Notes: generated from the sequence alone by a model not told the origin. A stretch of DNA of 64,000 nt from Oculina patagonica (GCF_052425735.1 NC_135766.1:124001-188000), one strand, 5' to 3'; positions 24,150-38,577 are shown, counted from the stretch's first letter. Made by a program: numbers and translations.

Positions 24150-27100
24150 GTGTCATGGTCAGAAAAAATCAAAGAAATTTTGCCACAGCCAAAAACTCAT
24201 ACTTTGTCAGTTTGAGGGCCTAGGTATTAACTGAAAGATATGAAGTTATTTTTCGAAATATTCAAATTTACGGCAGAAAACCACGAATAACGGTAATCGT
24301 ACCGGAAGCCAAATTTCACTACGACATCCGAATTTTCGCTTTTCAGCTTCTTGCTACCCAGACGTTTCAACCGCTGTAAACATTCCCTTACCTTAGTTGC
24401 ATAGATGACTCTTCCTTTATCGAAATATAGTTGTTTTTTTATCTCTGATTTTTTCTGAGCCAGCTGAGCCTCGATTAAGTAGACACATTTTTCTCATTTA
24501 GGAAAAAGGCTAAAATAATCCAAATTCAGTGAGGAAAAAAGCTGACCGGTAGTGCTTCAAATCTTCTATTTTAGCCAAGAGAGTAGTGGTTGAATTTTAG
24601 TTTATGGTTTCAAAAGTGTAGGATCTAGTAGCAGTTTGAATAAAGGTCGATCAAAGGTCGACAAATTACAATTCCGCGGCTTTGAAAAGAAAATGAAAGT
24701 GACACGAACGGTATGGGGAAAGAAAAGGTAATAATTTTTACGTTTGAGATTAAAAAATAGTTCCAAAAGATTGCCTACAATAGAAGAAAACAAAAACACT
24801 GACTCTCCCTGATGTTCGTCACGCACGAGCGACTGGGCCGCGAGACAAAAATATTTTCCAGATTCAAATAATATGAAAAAAATCTATTAAACTTGCCCAC
24901 AAATCTCACTAAAAAACGAACAGCTTTCATATTCAAATATCGCAAGAAATATTTTTTAATTCAATTGACCGACCGCAAGCGGCACAACTGTAGGCGTCGA
25001 GTCGCCGCGCATAGATTTACCTCTGGTTTGACTCTAACATGATTCGTTAAAAAAAAAAAATACGGATATTTTTATTTGAATGTACTTGGCCATTAACGCG
25101 CAGGTGCGCAAAAGTCCAACTACTCCGCATACATTTTCCATACCAACCAAAAAGAAGTAAAAGTATGGAAATGGAAAATATCTTTAGCGAGCACCGGCGG
25201 CTCCACTTTCCCAGCGGGCCCGCACACAACAAATCCTCAGCTCACACAATAAAACACATAAAACCGAAAACTAGCAGCTGCGAGAGCAAAAAAAAAAATA
25301 CTGTCGCCTACATGCAAGCCGGTAGACAACAAAATTCATGTCAGTCCGCCAGTAAGTTATTGATTCCACATTCTTCTTTTTCGTCAACCAAGTATCCGCA
25401 GAAAGCTTTAAACGGTAAACATAACATACTTAACATAACATTGAACATACCACAGATTGTGATAACTGAAACAAATGAAAGAAAGTTGCGGGCAACACAT
25501 CCCAAGAAATCAATCGACACAACAGATCGGCTTGAAAGTTGATTAAAGTTGCGTCACGCAATCTAACCTGAATCCAACTGTCTTATGGGCGAATGAATAA
25601 TTATCCAAGCGGACTGTCCAGATATCGGCTCTAAATATTTTTAACAGATGTATGTCTTCCTGTGCACCATTTTGTATGTTTATTAGAAACGAAGCTTACG
25701 TCTTAAGCTGAAAACGTATTTAGCTGAAAGAAAACTCAAACAGTCCTATTCGCGGACGGGTTTTTTCATTCCCCTGTTGGGCGGGTTCGTTAAGGGGGGG
25801 GGGGGGTGTAATAGAGCTCAATGGACCTCATCATCTATTCCTTCTTACGGAGAAAGAAGTAGGGTGGAAATTATCAGAAGGATAGAAAAACCCTGCACAT
25901 TTTCTGGCCACACCAAAAATATAGCCAACGAAAAAGTGAACAAGACATATTTGCCTAGAAAAATTTTCTACTCAGCCATTAAAGGAAATTATAAGCTTAA
26001 CTACCGTAATGTGAGATACGTTTACAAACTTAATCTTGTCGGCCATGTGCACATTTAGCACATCTCTGCTTCTAATGGCTTTTTTTATCACCACGGTGAG
26101 TGGGATATTAGAAAGGCCCGTGCTGTTTTGAATATTTCCTATGAAAAATAGAAGGCGATCTTGGGACTTATATATTTCGCCTTTTAGAAGACAATCCAAA
26201 TACACCTGCTCTGAAAAATTATTCGTCCTAACAGAAAGCCACGATATTTATGGACAGTCCCAAGACGAACGAGCCGGTTATCCCCTTCGATTGCCGCACT
26301 CTGGGAAACAAAACGCACTCCTCATTTTTTTGAAGTTGTTAGCTTCGGAGAAAAAAAATAAAAAGTGGCGGCGTGGTTTTAAAATTATTTTTTTTCCTTT
26401 TTCTTTTTTTATTTTTTACGTTTATAGAAAAATTTATTTTTTAAAAAGCGGTTTTTTTGTATTTGAAAAGCGAGCTAAATTTAAATGGAAGCACAGATAA
26501 TGTACAGAAGTGGTCGAAAACAAGAAAACGGATTACGTTTTGATTTCAGTTCGCTAAGATTAAGTTAATGGACGCCTCATTTCAGCCGATTTTATATTAT
26601 TTTATTTGCCCGCAACTTTTTTATTTTTCATTATCACCATAGTGTTTAATTTATTTATTTTTTACATCTCGGTATGAAACCAGAGAGTATGCCAGCGGAT
26701 GAAATTTTTTTCCCGGCTATGACACTATTATATTAATATCATTTTGTACCTGCCCTCAAGTCAAATTCGCACTGCCAGTTGCCGCCTTTGCACTAAAAGC
26801 TCGCTACCACAAATTTTTTCCATTTCTACTTTTGACTTTTCTTAGTTGGTATGAAAAAATCGGAATATTATTTCGCAGTGATCCGTTGAAAATGTGCCAT
26901 TTTTTTAGCCTTCGCGTCAAGCCAAGCAGACTTAATATTTTTTTCTTTAACGAATATTATCTAGATAAAGTATTGTCCAGGAGAGTTAAAAAAGTTGAAT
27001 AATTTAAGGTATTTTCGGTAACTTAAATTCGAAATTTTTTATTAAAAATTGGATTTAAAAAAAATTTAAATATAATTTCCGGCCAGTCGCGTGTAATTTT

Positions 27101-27783
27101 TTTGTTTATGTAGGCATTTTGATAATCTACTTTTCTAAAGTCTCAAACGTATAAAACTTCAAAGTATTTTACGTTTTTTTGCCCCAAAAATATAATTCTT
27201 ATCGTTTTTTCAGTTTTCAGTTTTCTTTTCATAACCGCGGATTTTCGATTTGATCGACCTTTGTTCAAAACTGTTACTAGATCCTACACTTTTGAAACCA
27301 TAAACCTAAAATTCAACAACCGGACTCTCTTTGGCTAAAATATCAGAAGATTTGAAGCACTACCGGTCAGCTTTTTTCCTCAATGAATTTGGATTATTTT
27401 AGCCTTTTTCCTAAATGAGAAAAACGTGTCTACTTAATCGAGGCTCAGCTGGCTCAGAAATAATCAGAGATAAAAATACTAACTATATTTCAATAAAGGA
27501 AGAGTCAATCTATGCAACTAAGGTAAGGAAAGATTTACAGCGGTTGAAACGTCTGGGTAGCAAGAAGCTGAAGAGCGTGAAATTTCGGATTGTCGAGAAG
27601 TGAAATTTTAGCTTCCGGTACGATTACCGTTATTTGTGGTTTGCTGCCGTAAAATTGAATATTTCGAAAAACTAACTTCATATCTTTCAGTTACATACCT
27701 AGGCCTTCAAATTGACAAAGTATGAGTTTTTGGATTGTGGCCAAAATTTCTTTGATTTCTTTGATTTTTTCTGACCATGACAC
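24150..27783. mobile_element. 3.6-kb non-coding fold-back DNA transposon with TTAA TSD (Kolobok-like)
   Basis: TTAA|gtgtcatggtcagaaaaaatcaa ... ttgattttttctgaccatgacac|TTAA; ~540-bp well-matched TIRs (24150-24690 vs 27225-27783) plus weaker inverted matches further in. Confidence 0.85.
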
Positions 27784-28359
27784 TTAACTTTTAACAACGT
27801 ATTTTAATATATGATCGGCCTCCAGTTTGATTAGAAAACAGACCATTCCTTCCAATTTGTTTTCTTGTCGTTATTAATGTTTATCTGTTTCGCTATTTTA
27901 AAAGCTGCAGCTGTAATTTTCCATTCTACGTAGCCTAGACAAGAAGGAAAGATATACCTTTAATTAAAGAGTATATACAGGTTTAGACAACATTGCATAA
28001 CTCCCTTTCATTATTTTTTCCTGCAAATATTATTTTAACAGTTTATATTTGCCATGTTCGATTTTTGTTACAATATAAGTTCGTAAACGAAATAACGTTC
28101 TGGTTGACAGTTCAGTTAATTGTATTACTTAAACTTTAATATTGTTGTCTTCACCCTTTATTATTTTAAAGAAGAAAATAAAATAACGTTTCAAGCGCAA
28201 AAAAATGTTCGTTTTATAGATCCATATATTATGAATTTACACCCACTCAAACACAGAAAGGAGACGATTTGTGTAGATTTGCTACATTTTTCTCTACAAT
28301 AAACACATGTTAATAGTGTTCAAACTTTGACTCAGACCTCATGCAATTTTTTTTTTTTT

Positions 28360-31300
28360 TCAGTTTGTCAGAGAAGGCTGTTGCGCATTGAGGAATGATT
28401 TTTGAACTTTAAAAACATTAGAAAGCAAAACAGAAGAGACCCCTAAATCCCACGGCAAATGTTGAAATGATTTTAATTAAGAAGTTAAAGCCGAATAATG
28501 TTTTTCTGAAGTAGGTTTTATTATTTTTTTATGGAGTATTAGTCTGAGTTTCAGCCACCTCCTTTTTGTCAAAAAAACACTGAATCAGCAAAGGGGCTCC
28601 TCAGCTAATTAACTACATTTGCAGTAAAGGCATCTCCTATATATTTACTAAAATTGCGGTGGCAATCTTTTCCTTTATAATTTATTCATTTCGCGTGTCT
28701 ATGTATTCTTCGGTTCTCTTTAATGCTTTAACAATTTGCTTTGGGCATAGAAATCATGTAGATACGACAAATCCGATTATTTGAAAAAGTTGTTAAATTT
28801 GATGTAGATTGTTGAACCAGCACGGCTCAAATGTATTTCTTCTGTTTCAGGGAAGTCGAAAAATATCGGTTCTTTTCTTTTTATGTGCGCTATAGCTTAT
28901 CTCTTTCTTCTTTTTTTATACAACGAGAATAACAAGAAATCCGTTGTAAGCACTAAACAGTTTTGAGCTCAGGGCCACATTTGAAGTCAGTAGTTAAAAT
29001 ACAAATCACATTCCTGTGACAGTATTGAGTTTTTGGAGAGGAGGTTATAAAAAGCACTTCGAAACCATTATCTCTTTAGTAAAATTGATATTGCCGTATC
29101 GAAACTGTTTTCTATGCGCCAAAAAAGCCGAACGAGCAATAGCTGCTTTGGCTGTTTACTCAACTGCAATGAACAATTTCCTTAAAATAAAAATAAACAC
29201 CTTACATGGCTCTTCGGGATTTTTGGCCTTAGGGTTTTTTAAGAGTAGATTTCTTCTTTAAACACCTCGTCAATTATAGTCAAGGAAACGCACAGTTTTA
29301 ACTATAGCTGCTTGCGGAATTCTTAAAACAAAAACCGCGACGATGGATCGTCCAACGGTGTCATTGGAAAACGTGGGATCATACAAATTTTACTCTAAAT
29401 TCTCAAACCTAGGAGAATTAGACCACCCCCCCCCCCATCCTTAGTTATAGTGGATTGCATATTTAAGAGAAAACAAGACTCATAAGAAAAAGAGCGGGCG
29501 AGCTCCGTAATCTTTATTGGCTGATAAGGCCGCCCGATTTTAATTTTTTTTTTCTTTATTTTTCTTTATTAAAAATATATTTTTTTTTAACATTTTTTTT
29601 TTTTACTGGGAGTTACGTCCTATCATTTAATATATTTTTATCAGAAAGAACAAATGTCCGTGTGAATTTGATGAAAGTCGTCAGCAACATTGACAGAAGG
29701 TGTCAAGACAGAAGCATATTGCATTGAAACAGAACAAAGAAAACTTCTTCCTTTGAGTATTTCTTTTAAGTTCTTTTTCGGCATAAATGCATTTTATATC
29801 CGACAATGTCTCAAAAGAAGGAACACGTTACAAAAATATCGGGCGAACAAACAAATAAATAAAATAAATGCTAAATTTACAGAACAGATTTTTATCATCG
29901 CGGGAATATAAAGAAATATAACATAAGCTGAATTGGACACTCTCCTCGATGAAACAACACACAATGTAAACAAAGTACTTGAAAGTTAATTACAGGTTAA
30001 ATAATATTTCCGCATAGCTGATTATCTTTTTCAGCAATTTGGAAAAGAAAACGCTCTTACACCTAAACCAGAAGTAAAAAAAAAAAAAAAAAACGAAACT
30101 TGAAACTAAACACTCAGTTTTTCTCACGATCGATTTGAGTAATTGCGGATTTAAATTATAAAAGCTCAAAAGGTACAAACTCCTGACTATTTTAATAACA
30201 GAAAAAATCCCTTTTTGTAGAAATAGATATAAATTAAATATCGTATGTATCGCTTTTAACTGTTTAATATAGTTTTTATTCACGAAACGTGGGAGCTCCC
30301 AAAAAAAAAACAAAGTATACGCACATTTCTTACCGAAATACAAACTAAAGGAAGTCCATGGATTCAGATTATTTATTTTCAACAAGAAACATATTTCTTA
30401 TACATTTTTTTGCTGGTAATTACGTCCTACAGTTTCAGTACTATTTTTGTCAGAAAGAATGAATGTTCGTGTGAATTTGATGAAAATCGTCAGCTACATT
30501 GAAAAGGACAGAAGCATATTGCAATGGAATAAAACAAAGAAAAAATGTTCCTTTGATTATTTCTTTTAAGTTCTTTTTCGGCATACATGCAATTTACATC
30601 CGACATCTCATAACGAAGGAACTCGGTCTTATTTATTTCTTGAAATTCTTCTTTAACGCAGAACTGTTTCTATCTGACTAAGCTTTTACATTGAAAAAAA
30701 TATATCTCGCGAGCAAAAAAAAAATACATAAAATAAATGCTTAATTTAATTCTGATTGCCACTTTCCACTTTCATGATTTGTCAAAGTATTTTTGAAGAC
30801 TTGAGAAAACGAGAAAAATCAACAGAAAGTTTCTTACGAAAAGTAAAGAACAGATTTTTATCCTCGCGGGAAAATAAACAGATATAACATAAGCTGAACT
30901 GGAACTCTCTTCGCTAAAACAACATACAACGAAAACAAAGTACTTGGAATATTTCCGCATAGCTGATTTAAAAAAGAAAAATGCCTTCACCAAAAGAAAA
31001 CAGCGAATCTGGACGTTTTACTGGAACTCTCACCGAAAAAAATATATTGTCATGCACAAACAACTTCCACAGCAATTCAAAAATCAATTGCAGGATAAAG
31101 AGAATATCCGCATAACTGTTATATTTTACAGTTATGTAGAAAACGCGTTCTCCTTACTTTAAAATAAAAGTCATATAACACAGAGGCTTAGTTGGAACTC
31201 TCACCGAAAAAAAAAATATTTTTTTACACAACGTAAACACAAAACTCAAAAGTGAATAATAGTTTCGAACTGGAATATCCTGCTAAATTTAAATCTCCTT

Positions 31301-32330
31301 TCAAGCGAATTTGAACTTAAACAAGTCATGCAGAAGGTTGGATTGCCAGAAAAAGATGTTGCGCATTGAGGAATGATCTCTGAGCTGTCAAAAAAGCAAA
31401 AGCAGGCATATATTTTCTACACAGCGAGATTTCACCGATAAGGTTTTTACTAGGAGGTTTTCACCGAATAAATTTCGCTGAGGTATGATTTATTTTATTG
31501 TATTTTTTATTTTTTTAATCGAATCACTGGTCATAAACCACCAGAGTTTATTAGCAAAACAGGCGAAGAGGAATGAATGAACTCTGAACTACAAAAAGGA
31601 AATGAAACAAAAAGCCGACATTTTTTTTCTAGAGAGAAAGGGATATTTCACGAAAATGATGATTATTACTAGAAGTTTTTCATCAAATATATTTCACTGA
31701 ATTTGGTTTAGTTTATTTATTTATCTAGTCACTGACACACATAAAATTGGTCGTAAAGTTTTTTTTTTTTTTTTTTTTTTTTAATTTTGATGTAAATTGC
31801 TGAATGAGCATAGTTAAACTGTCTTTTTCTGTGTTTCAGGATAGTGGGAAAAGAATCTGTCGTCTTCATCTTGTTCACTTGGAAAGCTGATCACTCCATC
31901 TGTTTTTCGTGGCAACGAAGACTGTAAGTAATCTACTGTAAGCATTAAATAAAATAAAGTGTTGCTGTGTATTGCCGAGCTACATTTAAAGTCAGTTAAC
32001 ATCCAGATCACACCACAGTGGCAGTACTGAGCTGGTGAAAGACACCTTCAAAACCAATTTTTTTATATTACCTTACCTTTTTTGTTTTATTCCAACGCAC
32101 TAAATATTGTTACCTAACGAACGAATGCTGCTTTGGCTGTTTAACTAGCTGAAATAAGTATTTCCCTTGCCATCAAAACTTAAAAGTTTTCATGCCCAAA
32201 CTATAGTTATCCTTTTTTTTTGCTCACACACATGTTTTCGATAAAAATCAAGGAAACGGGATATTAGCGGACAAAAAACTGACGATTGGTCGCCCAAACG
32301 GTAGAATTGGAATATGTGAAGACATCGAAA
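28360..32330. repeat. Diverged local non-coding duplications
   Basis: 28360-29400 matches 31345-32330 (gttgcgcattgaggaatgat; ttttgatgta.attg.tgaa; gctgctttggctgttta; caaggaaacg). 29600-30030 matches 30405-30970. Confidence 0.65.
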
Positions 32331-34680
32331 CTGAACTGTAAAATATTTAAACATTTAAATTTACTGCAGTAGATTGAACGTTAAAAAAAAAATGCAATGA
32401 AGCTATTGGAAATAAACGTCATATGGGCGTATGACATAATTATTGTCCGATATAATGACTGATATCTAACGCCAATATATATCCTCGTTTTAGGTAAAAG
32501 AAACCAGGAGATTACTAGAGGGCCACAGTTTGCACTTGGAGATCCGTAGGATTATTGGAGGAAACATGCGACGGATAAAATTTATTATGAGGTAGGATAA
32601 ACTAAATAACTTAGGTAGTTTTCGCTTTGCTACCATTATAAGGAAATCCTTTTCACATTTGTTGTCGATTAATGTCATATACATGTCTTCAACTGATTCC
32701 AGGCACCAAGAAAAATGCAAAAAAGTCACATGAAGCCCATTTTTTACGGCAAAGACAGCTAAGCTTGGCACTCTTCCTTCACTTACTTCAGCCTTGTCTT
32801 AAACTTGAAACTCCTCGCTGTTCCTCGCATGTTTGAAATTCGTAATAACCCATTTGCGAACGAACGAATAAATTAGCTTTGTGAATGATTAGGATTAAAT
32901 AAATAAAGTTTTTTTTCCCTCGTGTGCTTTCCGAAATTTTACACGGCAAGTATTAATTTCAATGTTCATATTTTCACCTAACGCAACTGTACTGTTAGTT
33001 AATGTGAGTTTGTTTAAGACCTTACCTCAGCGTAGTAAAAGCGAGAACATGGATTAAGCCACTCGGCTTCAGCTATAGTTTTCACTGACGTTGACCCTAT
33101 CTGCCTAACCTTTATACGTTTACTGATGTTTTAGAATAGATGTAGACGTGCTTAGAATATTTAATGAGAATTTGGGCACTTGAGGTTTCTGTATGAATTG
33201 TGTGTTGGTTGCATGTTTCTTGTCGACCAAAAATTTCACTTCTTCACGCTGCATAATAATTAATCTTTCAGTAGATTTACGTACTTCAATGTTCGATTGT
33301 CTTTCTTTTAAAAGCGTTTAATTCACCATTAGGTTGGCTGCCTGTAAACATGGAATATCCGGCGACAAGACTAATATTCTAGCCATTCCAAAATGTACTC
33401 TTTTGGAGTAAATTATTTGCACAAGACATGCTCTTCGATAGTTCCAGCGTTTTTTAATTTTTTCAAAATCTAGAAAACTTCCAAGTACCCCTAGGGGCCA
33501 GCAACCGGCCGGATAAAATTCACAAAAAACAGGGCAATTTCATGACGCCAGTTCAAAACGAACACCAGTTCCAATCATTTCGTTCTTACATAGGTTCTAA
33601 TTTGTCCTTTGGTAATTTTATCGAGCTAAAACTCACCCCGAAGTGAAAAGGTTTTCTTCACTTTTAATGCCTTTACCACGATTCAATTTACATGACAAAT
33701 TATAACTGATTTGAGAGAGTCAAAATCTTCTAGTACACGAAAATGTCGAGAAACAAAAAGTCGTTAAGAAAGCATTAATTTAGCCGGTAGGAATTAAACA
33801 CGCTGGACGAAATTACGAAGGGCATTTTGACAAATTATGCACTTTTTAAACGACCGGAAAAAACTTCGATGTTTAAGTCACGTTTTAAAACATAACTTAG
33901 CAAGTGCACGTGCCGGGAGGTCCGTGTAGGGAAACACTGTGCCCGAGGTATTTATTTTATTTATTTTTTTTTACTTTATTTGTTTTTAAAAGAAAGCTAA
34001 AAAAGATTGTGTCACAAAATCTCTGTTTGTATACGCGCGTCATTTCAATAATGAGTAGACGGGTTATCAAGAGTGTTAAATGCTGTTTGTTATTTAATTC
34101 GGAAAAAGATAGTCTCGCTTAAATGAACCGTACTGACAAGAAGGTCCAGCATATTAAATTTACACCGAAGAGATTCAATAAGAGAATAAATAAAAACGAG
34201 GCAAAGCATTATCAATAACAAAACAAAACACTTTTAAATCGATTTCGGCTTGCCGATGAATGTTATGAAAAGAACTCTGTTTGTAGGATATTAATCTCTC
34301 TGACTGAAAATACTATCTGACTGAAAGACAGTCTCGGTAAAGCTAAACACACTTGGATTAAACAAATTAAAAACTCTGCGTTGACTTCCAGCAGAATTTC
34401 TTTGGGATACATAGTGCTCAAAACAGTTTTCAGTACTTTCCAGCTCTTATATAATTTGATGGGTCAGTGCTACAAACATTTATCAGTCACCGCTACAAAA
34501 ATGGTATCAAACAAATGCCCAGTCATTGGCAAACAAATTGTGATTATTTTCTTGACGTCACTTGTAACTATAGCAACAGCATAACCAGTAACACCCCCTA
34601 TTTAAGCTTTAGGTGCTTATTATTCATAAACGAGTCCGGTGACTCCCATTTTTTTTATTGAACAATAATGGGCATATTAA

Positions 34681-34812
34681 GATACAACTTTTTGCAAAGT
34701 TAAAAAAAAAAATCTCTGGAGCGGTTTCAGAGCCACCTTAACTTTTCGAAGATTTAAGGTGGCTCCGAAACCGTTCCAGAGTTTTTTTTTTAACTTTGCA
34801 AAAAGTTGTATC
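34681..34812. mobile_element. Near-perfect palindromic MITE with TTAA TSD
   Basis: TTAA|gatacaactttttgcaaagttaaaa...ttttaactttgcaaaaagttgtatc|TTAA; arms of about 60 bp with a short loop. Confidence 0.8.
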
Positions 34813-34946
34813 TTAACATGCTGATCATTATTCACTGATAAAAAAATTAATCCCTTCTGCAACTGACCAAACTCGAAACCACGTAAGCTCACACAATTTA
34901 TTCCTATTTTTCTCGTAGCTTGTTTCTGGTAGTCCAGACGGGTCAT

Positions 34947-35990
34947 ATGCAAGGTATGAACCATTTGTCCAATACACCCACGAATAACTTGTCAAAAGCT
35001 GCAAATGGAACAGAACTGGCAAGGAAAGTGTACGTGTTCAGACCACTTCAGTCTTCCACAAGACTAACCTTGTTTTTATTACTGGCATCAATAGGCATAG
35101 TAGGATTTGTGGGGAACATTCTCGTACTCTGCTTTGTAAAATCAAAGATGAGAACAACTGGTCATTTGTTGACAACATCTATCTTTGAAAAGAACTTAAA
35201 CGTTTATATCAGAAGTCTAGCCATCTCTGATGTTCTTTGTGACGCCATTTCAGTTCCGCCAATATGTTTTCAGTTGTATTTTGATGTTTTAAATCGTGGT
35301 TGGGGCTGTAGAATAGTGCGTTATTTAAATGTCGTGTTCCCTTCTGTTACAATGAACAACTTGTTATTCATCAGCCTTGAGAGGTATTTTTCAACGCGTC
35401 AGAATCCACGTACACTGAGGCATTCCACTATAAAAAAGATAGTGGTGTTTGCATGGGTGGCAGGATTAGTTGTTGTGTTAGTTCCGGGCGCAACTTACGA
35501 AGGGATAAGATTCGATTTAAACGATACACATTACACCGTGCTGTGCAGGTACGATAACCAATACCTTCCGTTTAGAATTATGTTCTTAAGTTATACATTA
35601 CTTCAATACATTATACCTTCTTGTATCATTATTAGAGTTAACATCTCGCTTATCATAACTTTATGGACCAAGCTGAGAAGCAGGACTGTCGACGTTCAGC
35701 GAGATAACGCAATCAGGATGATGCGTAGAGCCGCTGCTATTCGCGGTACATACATTACTGTTAGCCTTACGTTTGCTTTTGTTATACCTTATTTGTTTTA
35801 CTTTGGTAACACAATCTACAATATGGTAACACAGATAACTATCGATTTTGAGACTGATTATGTTCTGCGCTGTACAAGCGCGATGATTGGATACTCAAAC
35901 AGTGTTGTAAACGTGATAATATACATGGTGCAAATGAAGGATTTTCGCGCCTTTCTAAAGAAAACGTTCACCCCTGGTTCTCAGAATTAG
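34947..35990 (+). CDS. Rhodopsin-like (class A) orphan GPCR (GPCR2), intact, single coding exon
   Basis: Seven hydrophobic segments; GN (TM1), SLAISD (TM2), C..RY and SLERY (TM3), AW (TM4), IP (TM5), IPY (TM6), NSVVNVIIY (TM7); N-terminal sequons. Acceptor tcgtAG at 34917-34918; first ATG 34947; 347 aa. Confidence 0.92.
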   Translation: MQGMNHLSNTPTNNLSKAANGTELARKVYVFRPLQSSTRLTLFLLLASIGIVGFVGNILVLCFVKSKMRTTGHLLTTSIFEKNLNVYIRSLAISDVLCDAISVPPICFQLYFDVLNRGWGCRIVRYLNVVFPSVTMNNLLFISLERYFSTRQNPRTLRHSTIKKIVVFAWVAGLVVVLVPGATYEGIRFDLNDTHYTVLCRYDNQYLPFRIMFLSYTLLQYIIPSCIIIRVNISLIITLWTKLRSRTVDVQRDNAIRMMRRAAAIRGTYITVSLTFAFVIPYLFYFGNTIYNMVTQITIDFETDYVLRCTSAMIGYSNSVVNVIIYMVQMKDFRAFLKKTFTPGSQN

Positions 35991-36553
35991 AAAGATAGGA
36001 GCGTTTGGTTATTGGGAAGGTCAAATGTACTGAATCAGATGAATAGAGCAATGTAATGTTTGTCTTTAAGGATGTTAGCGCTAATTTTACGCGAATATTT
36101 ACTGCGCACGCAATTCATGCCACAATGTCAAGCCACGCCATGCATCGACCACGTGCGCTGAATAAGCTATGTTAAACGGAGATAGGCCTGATATCCGTTG
36201 TATTAACTTCGCCTGTAGTGTACTTTCTTAAATGGTCGGTGACCCGTAAATTTTTTTGTATTTTTTTTTCGTAAGCTATCTATAATCCCAAAATGATAAC
36301 AGTTTAAAAAAATCATGCGAGAAGATATTCGCGCAAACATCCTTAAACTCTTCAAATTATGGTCAAAGTACCGAGGTAGTAGGGTTTGGGAAGAATTAAT
36401 TGAAAAAAAAATAAAAAAAATAAACAAGTCGGACAGCGGCATTTAAGTAATGGTGGCAATACTGAGCTGAATTATTAATCGAACAGTCGTCCAGTTTAAG
36501 CGTTGTGTTTTTGCAATGATTATTTAAGAGGTTACCAGGTTTACCAGGCTTAG

Positions 36554-37110
36554 CCCTATTCATACCGGGGGGGGGGGGGGGGAGGGGGGGCTTTTGAGGC
36601 CTGCGCTAACTTTGAACTTTTATAAAATTTTTTAAGATTTAACCAAACGCTGCCAAACTTTTTGAGTTTACCTAAAATTTATCTGGCAACAATTTGGTAG
36701 GGTTGGATGATGGGTCAGAAACATGACATCACCATGGCAACGGCGTTTTGACAGGCAGGTTTTCCCAAATTTGTAATTTTGCGTGTTTCTGTTAATAAAA
36801 ATCAGCTTAAATGGAATTATTTTTACATTCTTACGGGTATAAAGCACATTTTTCTTTATTTTGAGTACTTTGCAGTAATTTTGGGTGGTTTTCTGGCATT
36901 TTGAAAACAAATTTGAAATCCAAGATGGCGGATCCAAGATGGCCGCTGTTTTGATATCATGATGTAATTGTCACGTGATATGACATCACCATCCCACGTG
37001 ACGTATACCAAAAGGAAGAGTTTTGGACATACAATACATCCTATAAGTTTCTTGGTGATTGCTTAAATATTCTGGAAGTTAAGGTCCAAAAAAGCCCGGT
37101 CTGAATAGGG
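36554..37110. mobile_element. piggyBac-like MITE, copy 2
   Basis: TTAG|ccctattcataccggg ... cccggtctgaataggg|TTAA; homologous to 14174-15063. Confidence 0.8.
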
Positions 37111-38576
37111 TTAAGTCATCCATGATGTTAAAGTCTTAACTTTTGGTTGGATGCAAAGCCATAACATTTAAATGATCACGATTTTGTTTTACAAGACACG
37201 TCGTGTTTAACAATTTGCCATTCTTATCGCAAAGGCGAAAACTTCTTCAACATGTGTTTATAGATTGTGGATAAGTTTCTGGCTAGCCAAAATTCCATTT
37301 AGTGCGTTCTCTCTGTCTTATCACGAGATCTCGTTCCTCGTTCCTCGACCGAAGTGTAATAATGGAAAAAAGTGTTGATTTGTTGAAGTTGCAAGTGGAA
37401 ACACTGATGCACTTTAAATTAAAAAAAAAGACGAGATAGTCGCTGATTTCTCGCTATCATCTACACACATTTCTCCGCCGTATTAACAAGAGTCTTGTGA
37501 TCAGTGACAGCCACTGATAAACTCATTTCTGTTGAGTAATTAAAATTGGCTTTTTCGCTTAATATGCCATGAAAGACTTGATACAAGAGATCAAGCAACT
37601 TTAAAAAAAAAAGATGAAGAAGCAAACAATAACGTCAATAAATTGTTAAGAAACGGACAAAACGCTCGAAACTGCTCTCGAGCGCTTTTTTTAGTCTGTT
37701 AGCTTTCTTTTCGCTTTCCTTCAATCGTTTTACAGTTAATCCCCTTCAGAGATATTTCGACTTTTTCATCCAAAGGAATCCAAAGCAGTTTGGATATGTC
37801 ACTAAAACATTTTAAAAGCTTGTTGGTCCGTTTGCTTGCCTCTCGTTTGGAAAGCACAACATCGGTTTTGTTTCAAACCGATTTAGTTAGCCTGAGCTTA
37901 TTTTTGGTTAGCGGGCCTGAACTATTATCTAAGTATTCACGCTATAATAACTAAGCATACATGTATAACATGAGTCATGTATTCAAAAATGTTATAAGTG
38001 ACTCAGTCCCTTCCGTACCTTCTGTGCGCTATGCTTATTGATTATTTCCATCTAGCTAATCAAAGTTACTTAGCTGTCCGGTGTTATTGGAGCATGAACT
38101 CGATAAAGTCAAATGTAAATAATGTGTACATACTGTAAATAGTCAGGAAAGCAGTCGGTATTTCAAGTATTCCTGCCCATTGCACCATCAAAGGTAATCC
38201 GCACTTTTCGTCGCGAATTAAATATTTATCAATCACTCACTCAATCAATCAATCAAATAATCAATCAAACAATCTACGAATACAAATGTTATTAGACTCC
38301 CCAGCGGGGCTTTTCGGTGTGTAAACTGTTAAATGTGCTGCAATCAACGGTTTCCCATTTGATAACATTCTATGTAATTAATTCGGCTTGAGTGAATAAC
38401 TTGATTGAATATTTGGACTGTTTTGTCAAGATGCATTTTCGAGGTTACTATGTTGTTTGTTTGCATACCAGCAGTATCTATGATACAATATAAAATATAT
38501 AAAAAAATAGATGCGGATAACGTGATTAATTTGGGTTACGTTTAAATGAATATATATGTGAATACACGTCTTTAAA

Positions 38577-38577
<1 letters not shown>

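Noticed and set aside
25165-26500. ORFs inside the fold-back element as a possible transposase
   Set aside because: Short, low-complexity, with no DDE, THAP or zinc-finger motif visible.
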